Assembly (NCBI GenBank): GCA_036555645.1 | Contig: DATBLA010000040.1 | Span: 3,839-67,838 of the forward strand | Length of the DNA: 64,000 nt | Direction: 5' to 3' | Source: Actinomycetota bacterium | Lineage (GTDB): Bacteria; Actinomycetota; UBA4738; HRBIN12 | In this document: piece after piece, positions 7,913 to 15,481 of the stretch | Position numbering within the stretch: the first letter of the stretch is position 1 | How the letters are laid out: each line of letters starts with the position of its first letter | Translations under genes and position numbers: made by a program | Notes under the pieces: model-generated | Database searches by the model: none | Told to the model about the DNA's origin: nothing | Seen by the model: the letters and a program-made list of their open reading frames with translations, nothing else

Positions 7913-9301
7913 GTGCGCCTGTACGACTCCCTGACCCGCGAGCTGCACAACGTGGAGCCGATCGACGGCGAGACCGTGACGATCTACTCGTGCGGACCGA
8001 CCGTCTATCGATACATCCACATCGGCAACATGCGCTCCTTCATGCTCGGCGACCTCATCCGGCGCGCGCTGCGGTTCGAGGGCCGGCGGGTTCGGTGGCT
8101 GATGAACATCACCGACGTCGGTCACATGACGGACGACGTCTCCGACACCGGCCGGGACAAGATGGAGCTCGCCGAGGCCGACGAGGGGCTGTCCGCGGCC
8201 GAGATCGCGCAGAAGTACACGGACGCGTTCCTCGAGGACTCCGATCTCGTTGGGATCGAGCGCGCGGACCTGTACCCGCGCGCGACCGAGCACATCGATG
8301 ACATGATCGCGATCATCCGGACCCTCATCGAGGAGGGCCACGCCTACGAGGTGGACGGGACCGTCTACTACGACGTCACGTCCTTTCCCGGCTACGGCAA
8401 GCTCTCGGGCAACACGCTGGACCGGCTGCGCGCCGGCCATCGCCAAGAGGTCGAGGTCGATCCGGCCAAGCGCCACCCCGAGGACTTCGCGCTCTGGAAG
8501 AGGGCCGGCGCCAATCGCGCCCTGCAGTGGCCGAGCCCGTGGGGAGACGGGTTCCCGGGCTGGCACATCGAGTGCTCGGCGATGTCGATGAAACATCTCG
8601 GCGAGCGCTTCGACGTCCACACCGGCGGCAACGACAACAAGTTCCCCCACCACGAGGACGAGATCGCCCAGTCCGAGGCCGCCGTCGGGCACCAGGTCGT
8701 CTCGACGTGGGTGCACGGTGGCTTCCTCAAGATGGGCAAGGCGAAGATGGCGAAGTCGGCAGGGAACGTCCTGCGGGTGACCGACCTGGCGGCCCACGGC
8801 ATCGACCCGCTCGCCTACCGCCTCCTGTGCTTCGGCACGCGGTACCGGAGCGAGATGAACTTCGACTGGGAGGCGCTCGAGGGACAGCACAGGCGCCTCG
8901 CCGAGCTCCGCCGCCGCATGGCCGAGTGGGGCGAGCCCTCCGCGACCCTGTCCGCTCCCGCCGCCGAGCTCGATCGCCGGTTCCGCGAAGCCGTCGCGGA
9001 CGATCTCGACATGCCCCGGGCCCTCGTCGTCATGAACGAGACGGTCGGCGCGCCGCTTCCCGACGGCGAGCGATCCGCGTTGCTCGCCTCGTGGGACGCG
9101 GTGCTCGGGCTCGACATCGGCCGCGACGCCCGTGAGCGATTCGAGCCCACGGAGGAGATGCTCGCGCTCGTGGCCGAGCGCGACGCCGCCCGGGCGGCGC
9201 GAGAGTACGCCCGCAGCGACGAGCTCCGCCGGCGTCTCCAGGACCTCGGTCTGGAGGTCATGGACACGGCCGAGGGCACGACGATCCGGCCCGGGATGTA
9301 G
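7913..9301 (+). CDS. cysS: Cysteine--tRNA ligase (class I aaRS). The HIGH signature reads HIGN
   Basis: SCGPTVYRYIHIGN, WPSPWGDGFPGWHIECSAM, FPHHEDEIAQS, KMAKSAGN (KMSKS). 462 aa. Confidence 0.85.
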   Translation: MRLYDSLTRELHNVEPIDGETVTIYSCGPTVYRYIHIGNMRSFMLGDLIRRALRFEGRRVRWLMNITDVGHMTDDVSDTGRDKMELAEADEGLSAAEIAQKYTDAFLEDSDLVGIERADLYPRATEHIDDMIAIIRTLIEEGHAYEVDGTVYYDVTSFPGYGKLSGNTLDRLRAGHRQEVEVDPAKRHPEDFALWKRAGANRALQWPSPWGDGFPGWHIECSAMSMKHLGERFDVHTGGNDNKFPHHEDEIAQSEAAVGHQVVSTWVHGGFLKMGKAKMAKSAGNVLRVTDLAAHGIDPLAYRLLCFGTRYRSEMNFDWEALEGQHRRLAELRRRMAEWGEPSATLSAPAAELDRRFREAVADDLDMPRALVVMNETVGAPLPDGERSALLASWDAVLGLDIGRDARERFEPTEEMLALVAERDAARAAREYARSDELRRRLQDLGLEVMDTAEGTTIRPGM

Positions 9302-9348
9302 CCCAGAGGTCGTCTCTCGCGCGCAGTCGCCCCGGCGGCAGCGCGGGG

Positions 9349-10245
9349 ATGGCTATGCTCGGCGAGATGTCCGCGGCCGCGCCCGCAGTCCCCGCGTACC
9401 GCCCGTTCCTGAACGGCCTGCGGTCGCCCGTCGTTTCGCCGCTCACCCGTTTCGCGATCGGCGTTCCCCTCGTCGTGCTCACGACCGAGACGGCCCGGTA
9501 CTTCGCGTGGACGATCGAGCCGCCGATCACCGCCGGCTTCCTGGGTGCGAACTACTGGTCGAGCGCGCTCCTGGCGATCCTGGCCGCGCGCGAGACGCTG
9601 TGGGCTCGCGGGCGCGTGTCGGTCTCGGTCGCCCTGGCGTTCGCGCCCGTCACGACGATCGCGACCTTCCTGCACCTGGACCTGTTCCACCTCGACACGT
9701 TCTACGGGTGGTTCTGGGTGGCGGCGTACACGATCTACCCGGTGCAGCTCGTCTACTTCCTGCGGCGCCAGCTGCGCGAGCCCGGAGGAGACCCGCCGCG
9801 CGAGCGCCCGCTGCCGCTGTGGGTGCGATCGATCCTTGGAGTCCACGGCGTCGTCCTCGTCCCGTTCGCGATCGCGCTGTTCCTCCTCCCGGGGACCGTC
9901 GCCGAGATCTGGCCGTGGGAGCTCCCGCCGTTGTCGGCGCAGGCCGTCGCGGCCTGGGTGCTCGCCTTCGGCGTCCTCGGCGCCCACTCCGTGATCGAGA
10001 ACGACCGGACCCGAGTCCGCGCGTCGATGCTCGGATACACGTTCCTCGGGGCGATGCAGGTGCTCATGCTCGTCCGCTTCCCCGACGACGTGCAATGGGA
10101 TCGCCCGAGCGCCTGGATCTACCTCGCGTTCCTCGCGAGCTGCTTCGTGCTCGGCGCGTACGGCCTCGTCTCGGAGTCGCAGGGCCTCTCGACTCGGGAA
10201 CGGCATCCCGGACGATCCGGCGATCCCGGCGCCCAGGGCGCCTAG
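9349..10245 (+). CDS. Polytopic membrane protein of unknown function (paralog A of 11570..12382)
   Basis: TM-rich. Shares ...ARYF(A/S)W(T/P)IEP...FLHLD...WPW(E/G)L(P/T)PL... blocks with the minus-strand paralog. Convergent with the P450 gene, with a 4-nt 3' overlap. Confidence 0.65.
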   Translation: MAMLGEMSAAAPAVPAYRPFLNGLRSPVVSPLTRFAIGVPLVVLTTETARYFAWTIEPPITAGFLGANYWSSALLAILAARETLWARGRVSVSVALAFAPVTTIATFLHLDLFHLDTFYGWFWVAAYTIYPVQLVYFLRRQLREPGGDPPRERPLPLWVRSILGVHGVVLVPFAIALFLLPGTVAEIWPWELPPLSAQAVAAWVLAFGVLGAHSVIENDRTRVRASMLGYTFLGAMQVLMLVRFPDDVQWDRPSAWIYLAFLASCFVLGAYGLVSESQGLSTRERHPGRSGDPGAQGA

Positions 10246-11573
10246 CGCAGCTCCGGAACGAGCCACACGCCGTTCGTCGGCTTCAACGTCGCCCGAGGCG
10301 CGAGGTCGGGATCGCGGCCAGGGATGGGCCGCAGGCGCACCCGCTGCGCGACCGTCGCGAGCACGAGCGGGGCCTCCATCGGCACGACGAGCTCTCGCCC
10401 CATGCAGAGCTTGTCGCCTCCCCCCTGCGGAAAGTACGCGTACCTCGGGCGCCCGGCCGTCGCCTCCTCGGTGAAGCGCTCGGGCCGGAACGCGAGCGGA
10501 TCGTCCCAGAACCGGGGATCGCGATGGGTGACCCACTCCGACACGAGGACCCGCGACCCCGGTCGGATCGTGTGCGGGCCGGCCCGATGCTCGGCCACCG
10601 CCGTGCGGGCCAGCACCCAGGCCGGCGGATACAGCCGCAGCGACTCCTGGAAGACCCGGCGCGTGTGGTCCAGACGGTCGAGGTCGGCGTAGCCGAGCGG
10701 GCGCCGGTCCAGGGCGTCGACCTCCTCCAGGAGGCGCCGCTCGACGGCCGGCTCGCCACCGAGGCGCCACCACGTGAGCGCGAGCGCGGTGCTCGTCGCC
10801 GTGTGGCCCCGATACAGCGTGACGAGCGCATCCCGGAGCTCCCGATCGTCGAGCGCCCGGCCGGCGCCGTCGTGGACGTCGATGAGCCGGGACAGCAGGT
10901 CGTCGCCTCGCTCCCGCCGGCGCTCGGCGATGACGTCCCTGAGCAGCTCGTCCAGGCGGGCCCGCTCGGTCCGGAATCGCCGTTGGACCGGTGGGATCCA
11001 TTCGGGCAGCCGGGTGGGTGGCGCCGGCAGCCGGTCCATCGCATCCACCGTCGACCGGAGCGCGTCCACGATCGCGCCCCCCTCCCCCGCCGGGTCCAGC
11101 CCCGTGAGCAGCCGCACGATGAGCTCGGTGCAGAAGGTCTCCATGGCGGCCCAGACGTCCAGTGGCTCTCCCGGCCGCAGGCTCTCGCGCCAGCGGGCCG
11201 TGAGCTCGACGACCGCGTCCGCCGAAAGCTCCGCCGCCGGGCCGTACATGACGGGCTCGAGCATCGAGCGCTCCCACGCGTGACGGGGCCCCTCGGTCGA
11301 GAACAGGGCCCTGCCGACCACACGGGCGGACACGCGACGCTCGCCGGCGACGCGCTCGAATCGGTCGGCCTCGGTCTCCAGCACCCGCTCCACGTCGTCC
11401 GGGTGGGCGAGGAGGAAGAACGTCGCGGGACCGAACCGCACCCGCACGACGTCGCCGTACCGGCGAACGAGCTCCTCGAGGACCGACCGGGCATCCCGCA
11501 ATCGGCGGGCGAGGGCGACGACCTCCACGATTCCAGGGCCGCTGGGCGGTGTGCCGTCTCGTCCGGCGCTCAC
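10242..11573 (-). CDS. Cytochrome P450 monooxygenase
   Basis: I-helix-like LYRGHTATSTALAL, ExxR (ESLRLYP), PERF-like region, heme loop FPQGGGDKLCMG. GTG start at 11573 overlaps the upstream stop in a GTGA junction. The listed 10242..12290 ORF is over-extended. Confidence 0.8.
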   Translation of the reverse strand: MSAGRDGTPPSGPGIVEVVALARRLRDARSVLEELVRRYGDVVRVRFGPATFFLLAHPDDVERVLETEADRFERVAGERRVSARVVGRALFSTEGPRHAWERSMLEPVMYGPAAELSADAVVELTARWRESLRPGEPLDVWAAMETFCTELIVRLLTGLDPAGEGGAIVDALRSTVDAMDRLPAPPTRLPEWIPPVQRRFRTERARLDELLRDVIAERRRERGDDLLSRLIDVHDGAGRALDDRELRDALVTLYRGHTATSTALALTWWRLGGEPAVERRLLEEVDALDRRPLGYADLDRLDHTRRVFQESLRLYPPAWVLARTAVAEHRAGPHTIRPGSRVLVSEWVTHRDPRFWDDPLAFRPERFTEEATAGRPRYAYFPQGGGDKLCMGRELVVPMEAPLVLATVAQRVRLRPIPGRDPDLAPRATLKPTNGVWLVPELR

Positions 11574-12382
11574 GAGTCGATCACACCCCCGCGCGCGGGG
11601 TCGGCCGACCAGACCTGTCCGATGCCCGCCGCGCCCACGGCGCCGATGGCCGCGAGCGCCGTGACCCACACGCCGAGGGCCACCCCATCGGCGTCGGAGC
11701 CGTTGCGCGCAAGCGCCAGACCCTGGAGCGCCGCGAACACCACGAGCCCGACCACCGGCGCCCGCATTCGCATCCGGTCCCGCGAGCGGCCACCGAGGGC
11801 GAACACGAGGCCCAGACCGAGCGCCCAGGCTCCGAGCACCCGTCCGGTCAGCGGTGTGAGCCCCCACGGCCACACCTCGGCGACCCGATCGGGGACGAGG
11901 TACAGACCCAGGCCGGTCGCGAGGAACACGGCCCCGATCGCGAGCACGGCCGACGTCAGCCATCGGGCGGGAGGGACGGGGGCGGGATCCTCGCCCGGCG
12001 CCCGGATCTGGGCCGGCCAGAACGCCACGAGCAGCGGGGGCAGGATGAGGTAGGCGACGAGCCACACCCACGCGATCACTCCGGCGAACGCTTCCTCGCT
12101 CCCGAAGGAGAACTTGTCCAGGTGCAGGAACGTGGCCAGGGTGACCAGGGCCGAGAACGCGATGCCGCCGGGCAGCACGACCCTGACCGGCGCCCACACC
12201 CACCCGCGCACGGCGAGCACGAGGATCACGATGGCGGTGGCGTAGTTGGCGGCCATGACCGAGGCGGTCAGGGCAGGTTCGATCGGCCACGAGAAGTATC
12301 GAGCGGTGTCGCCGGGGGCCAGGATGAGGTTCACGCCGAGGACGAACAGGACGGCGACGGAGGCGATGAGGGCTCGTCGCAT
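11570..12382 (-). CDS. Polytopic membrane protein of unknown function (paralog B)
   Basis: 270 aa from MRRALIASVAVLFVLGV... Paralogous to 9349..10245. Translationally coupled (GTGA) to the downstream P450. Confidence 0.65.
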   Translation of the reverse strand: MRRALIASVAVLFVLGVNLILAPGDTARYFSWPIEPALTASVMAANYATAIVILVLAVRGWVWAPVRVVLPGGIAFSALVTLATFLHLDKFSFGSEEAFAGVIAWVWLVAYLILPPLLVAFWPAQIRAPGEDPAPVPPARWLTSAVLAIGAVFLATGLGLYLVPDRVAEVWPWGLTPLTGRVLGAWALGLGLVFALGGRSRDRMRMRAPVVGLVVFAALQGLALARNGSDADGVALGVWVTALAAIGAVGAAGIGQVWSADPARGGVIDS

Positions 12383-12417
12383 CTGGGGCGTGAGGCGCCG
12401 AACTCCTGGCGCGTCGC

Positions 12418-13362
12418 TCACGCCGGCACGGACCTCCACATCCCCGGTGTCCGAGCCGGAACCCTTCGAGCGCGGGCGCCGGCCTCGGCGAGCGCGCGAC
12501 GGAAGATCGTGCATCCGGCCATGCCGGGCAGCTCGCCCATCGTGCGGTCCATCTCCACCGCGGCCGCCGCCCCGTCGATGCCGCCGAACAGATGCCGGAC
12601 GACGAAGTCGGTCTCTTCCTGCGGCCGCACGCCGGTGCCGACGATCGCCCACAGGTGATCCATCGCCCACCGCGTCATTCGCCGGGAGCGGGGGCTCCGG
12701 GCCAGCCGGAGGCGGGCCTGCGAACGGTAGAACCCGAAATGGCGGCGCTCGTCCTTGATGATCGCGTTCAGGAGGTTGACGAGCTCGGGGTGTTCGGTCA
12801 TCGCGATGAGCCGGTGGTACGAGGTCAGCGTCGACAGCTCGTTCGCGGCGCCCCACGTCATGTGCAGGGCCACGAAGTCGTCCACCATCGCGGATCCGAC
12901 GAGCGTGCCGAGATGCTTCAGGACGCCTCGTCCGCCGAGGTGGCGCCGGATCCACAGCGTCCGCGCGAACCGTGAGGGGTAGGACGAGCGCTCCCGAACG
13001 CGCTCCCGGTCGGGGGCGAGCTCCCACCCCGCCTCGCCGAGGAACCGGCTGAAGGCCTCGCCGTGCCACAGCTCCTCGTACACCCAGCAGGACAGGAACG
13101 CCGTCACGTCCGGCTCGAGTGCCGCCCGCGTCGCCAGGAGATCCCGAAGGAAGATCACCGTGTGCGTCTCGATGTCCATCATGTAGGCGAGGCATCTCGC
13201 CTCCGCCTGCGTGAGCGGCGTGCTGCCGACCCGCTCCCACTCGACCCCGGACAGGTCGACACGCTTGGACGCGCGCAGGTAGCGGTCGAGATCGAAGCCC
13301 TCCATCGACTCGAGATTCGCGCTCACCGGTAGAGAGGATGACCGAATCTTCGGCCCTGGCAC
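12418..13362 (-). CDS. Di-iron carboxylate protein, acyl-ACP desaturase-like (ferritin-like fold)
   Basis: Paired E-x-x-H motifs WVYEELWHGEAF and IIKDERRHFGFY, matching the EENRHG/DE..H pattern of soluble acyl-ACP desaturases. 314 aa. Confidence 0.55.
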   Translation of the reverse strand: MPGPKIRSSSLPVSANLESMEGFDLDRYLRASKRVDLSGVEWERVGSTPLTQAEARCLAYMMDIETHTVIFLRDLLATRAALEPDVTAFLSCWVYEELWHGEAFSRFLGEAGWELAPDRERVRERSSYPSRFARTLWIRRHLGGRGVLKHLGTLVGSAMVDDFVALHMTWGAANELSTLTSYHRLIAMTEHPELVNLLNAIIKDERRHFGFYRSQARLRLARSPRSRRMTRWAMDHLWAIVGTGVRPQEETDFVVRHLFGGIDGAAAAVEMDRTMGELPGMAGCTIFRRALAEAGARARRVPARTPGMWRSVPA

Positions 13363-13395
13363 AACCAGGAGGCGACCGGGGGACGCGATCTGGGC

Positions 13396-14493
13396 TCAGG
13401 CCACGACGACGAGGTCTCGGCTCGCCAGGTTCAGCCGGTCCCCGCCGTCGTCGGTCACGACCACCTGGTCCTCGATCCGGACGCCGAACCGGCCGGGCAG
13501 GTAGATCCCCGGCTCGTCCGAGAAGGTCATCCCGGGTCGCAGGAGCGTCTCGTTGCCCTCGACGATGTACGGATGCTCGTGCACCTCCAGGCCGATCCCG
13601 TGCCCCGTCCGATGGATGAACCGGTCGCCGAACCCGGCCTCGGCGATCACCGACCTCGCGGCCCGGTCCACCTCGTGGGCCGCCACGTCCGGCCGGACTG
13701 CCTCGAACGCCGCCTGCTGCGCCGCCCGGACGATCTCGTAGACGCGGCGCTGCTCCTCGTCGGGCTCGCCGACGAACACGGTGCGAGTGATGTCCGAGCA
13801 GTACTGGTTCCGCACGCCGCCGAAGTCGAGCACGACCGCGTCTCCGGCTTCGATCTCGCGGTCGCCGGCTCCGTGGTGCGGCGAGGCCGCGTTCGGGCCC
13901 GAGCCGACGATCGTGAAGTCGACGCGCTCGTGGCCACGCTCGCGGAGCAGCCGGTCCAGGTCCGCCGCGACGTCGACCTCCTTCCGTCCGGCGAACGGCA
14001 GGCCGACGATCTCGGCGAATGCGGCATCGGCCGCCGTCGCGGCCGCGCGGAGACGCTCGATCTCGTCGGCGTCCTTCACGGCGCGAAGCAGCGGCAGGAT
14101 GCGGCCCGACGCCACGAACATGCAATCGGCCGTCGCGTGCTCGAGCGCGAGGAGATGGCTCGCCCACGTCTGGTCGCTGATCGCGTAGCGCCCCGCTCGC
14201 AGGATCCTGGCCACGACCTCGTACGGGTCGTTCCCGTCCTCCCACGACTCGAGGGCGAGGCCGGCGACCCCGGCCGCCGCCTCCGCCGCGGGACGCTCGA
14301 GGGCAGGCACCACGAGGACGTCGCGTCCGCTCGCCGGCAGGAGGAGGACCGTGAGTCGCTCGAGCGGGGGCGGCGCGTGCCCGGTGAGGTAGACGAGATC
14401 GGCGCCGGGAGTGACGAGGATCCCGGTCAGCCCGGCATCGGCCACGGCGGCGCGCGTCCGTTCCCGCCGATCCTCGAACGAGGTCGCGCTCAC
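13396..14493 (-). CDS. M24-family Xaa-Pro aminopeptidase/dipeptidase
   Basis: Creatinase/prolidase N-terminal domain plus pita-bread metal ligands (HGAGDREIEAGD, VLDFGG, HRTGHGIGLEVHE, GMTFSDEPGIY, IEDQVVVT). GTG start overlaps the upstream stop as GTGA. Confidence 0.8.
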   Translation of the reverse strand: MSATSFEDRRERTRAAVADAGLTGILVTPGADLVYLTGHAPPPLERLTVLLLPASGRDVLVVPALERPAAEAAAGVAGLALESWEDGNDPYEVVARILRAGRYAISDQTWASHLLALEHATADCMFVASGRILPLLRAVKDADEIERLRAAATAADAAFAEIVGLPFAGRKEVDVAADLDRLLRERGHERVDFTIVGSGPNAASPHHGAGDREIEAGDAVVLDFGGVRNQYCSDITRTVFVGEPDEEQRRVYEIVRAAQQAAFEAVRPDVAAHEVDRAARSVIAEAGFGDRFIHRTGHGIGLEVHEHPYIVEGNETLLRPGMTFSDEPGIYLPGRFGVRIEDQVVVTDDGGDRLNLASRDLVVVA

Positions 14494-15422
14494 AGCTTCA
14501 TCCGGATCGGCTGCGCGAGGACCTGGAAGGTCGCCGGGGTCGTCCCGAGCACCTCGCCGTCGGACTCGATCGGGAGCGGACGATCGGCCTCGATCACCAG
14601 CTCGCGCTTCACGCGGAACTCCTCGATGTGGTCGTGCGGGACGTGCTCCCCACGATAGACCTTCGGGATCATCGTGAACGAGTCCGACTTCGGGCCCTTG
14701 AACACGAGGACGTCGAGGACGCCGTCTCCCGGATAGGAGCGGGGCGAGACCTTCATGCCGCCCCCGTTGTACTGGGCGTTGCCGACGACGACGAGGTAGG
14801 CGGGACCCTCGTACCTGCGGCGGTCGGCCTGCACCCGCACGGTCGTGAGCTTGAAGCGCGGGAGGGTCAGCCAGAAGCCGAGGAAGTACTTCGACTGCCC
14901 GAGCCGATGCGGCAGACGTTCCGCTCGCGCCGCCACGGCCGCGCCCAGCCCGGCCTCGGCGACGTTGACGAACAAGCGCGTCCCCGTCCGGCCGTTCCCC
15001 GCGACCGTGTACGTCACCTTCCCGACGTCCAGCGGATACGTGTTCTCCCCGGTCAGGTGATGACACGCTCGCGTGGCGTCGCCGGGTAGACCGAAGGTCC
15101 GGATGAAGTCGCAGCCGCTGCCGGCCGCGACGACGCCGAGCACCGAATCCTCCGCCAGAGGGCTCCCGTCGGGCGCGAACATCCCGTTCACGACCTCGTG
15201 CACGGTCCCGTCGCCGCCGACCGCGACGACGAACCTGCCGCCGCGCTCGAGCGACTCCCGCGCCAAGCGGGTCGCATCGCCGGGCCCCTCCGTCCGCAGG
15301 AGCCGGTAGTCAAGACCGCGCGCCCGCAGCGTGCGCTCGAGCTCGGGGATCTCCTCGCCGACGTGTCGCTTGCCGGCGTGGGGGTTCACGATCACGCTGA
15401 GCTCGCCGAAGGGGCTGGGCAT
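14490..15422 (-). CDS. Diacylglycerol-kinase catalytic-domain lipid kinase (YegS/BmrU-like)
   Basis: LSVIVNPHAGKRH, VVAVGGDGTVHEVVNG, GVVAAGSGCDFIRTFG; DAGK_cat signature. 310 aa. Confidence 0.8.
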   Translation of the reverse strand: MPSPFGELSVIVNPHAGKRHVGEEIPELERTLRARGLDYRLLRTEGPGDATRLARESLERGGRFVVAVGGDGTVHEVVNGMFAPDGSPLAEDSVLGVVAAGSGCDFIRTFGLPGDATRACHHLTGENTYPLDVGKVTYTVAGNGRTGTRLFVNVAEAGLGAAVAARAERLPHRLGQSKYFLGFWLTLPRFKLTTVRVQADRRRYEGPAYLVVVGNAQYNGGGMKVSPRSYPGDGVLDVLVFKGPKSDSFTMIPKVYRGEHVPHDHIEEFRVKRELVIEADRPLPIESDGEVLGTTPATFQVLAQPIRMKL

Positions 15423-15481
15423 GCGCGCATCCTACCGGCGGCGATCCCGGCACGCGCTCGACGTGGAGGGGCCGGGGAAGC

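Noticed and set aside
5926-7950. 674-aa minus ORF and 6015..7910 plus ORF over the FtsH-like gene
   Set aside because: Antisense and +1 frame of the clearly motif-bearing FtsH-like CDS.
8815-14245. Very long ORFs 8815..11277(-), 9132..12053(+), 11570..14245(-, upstream part), 11549..12658(+)
   Set aside because: Only the segments carrying recognisable motifs (P450, membrane paralog) were kept. The remainder is Arg/Gly-rich read-through in alternate frames overlapping cysS, the desaturase-like gene and the peptidase.
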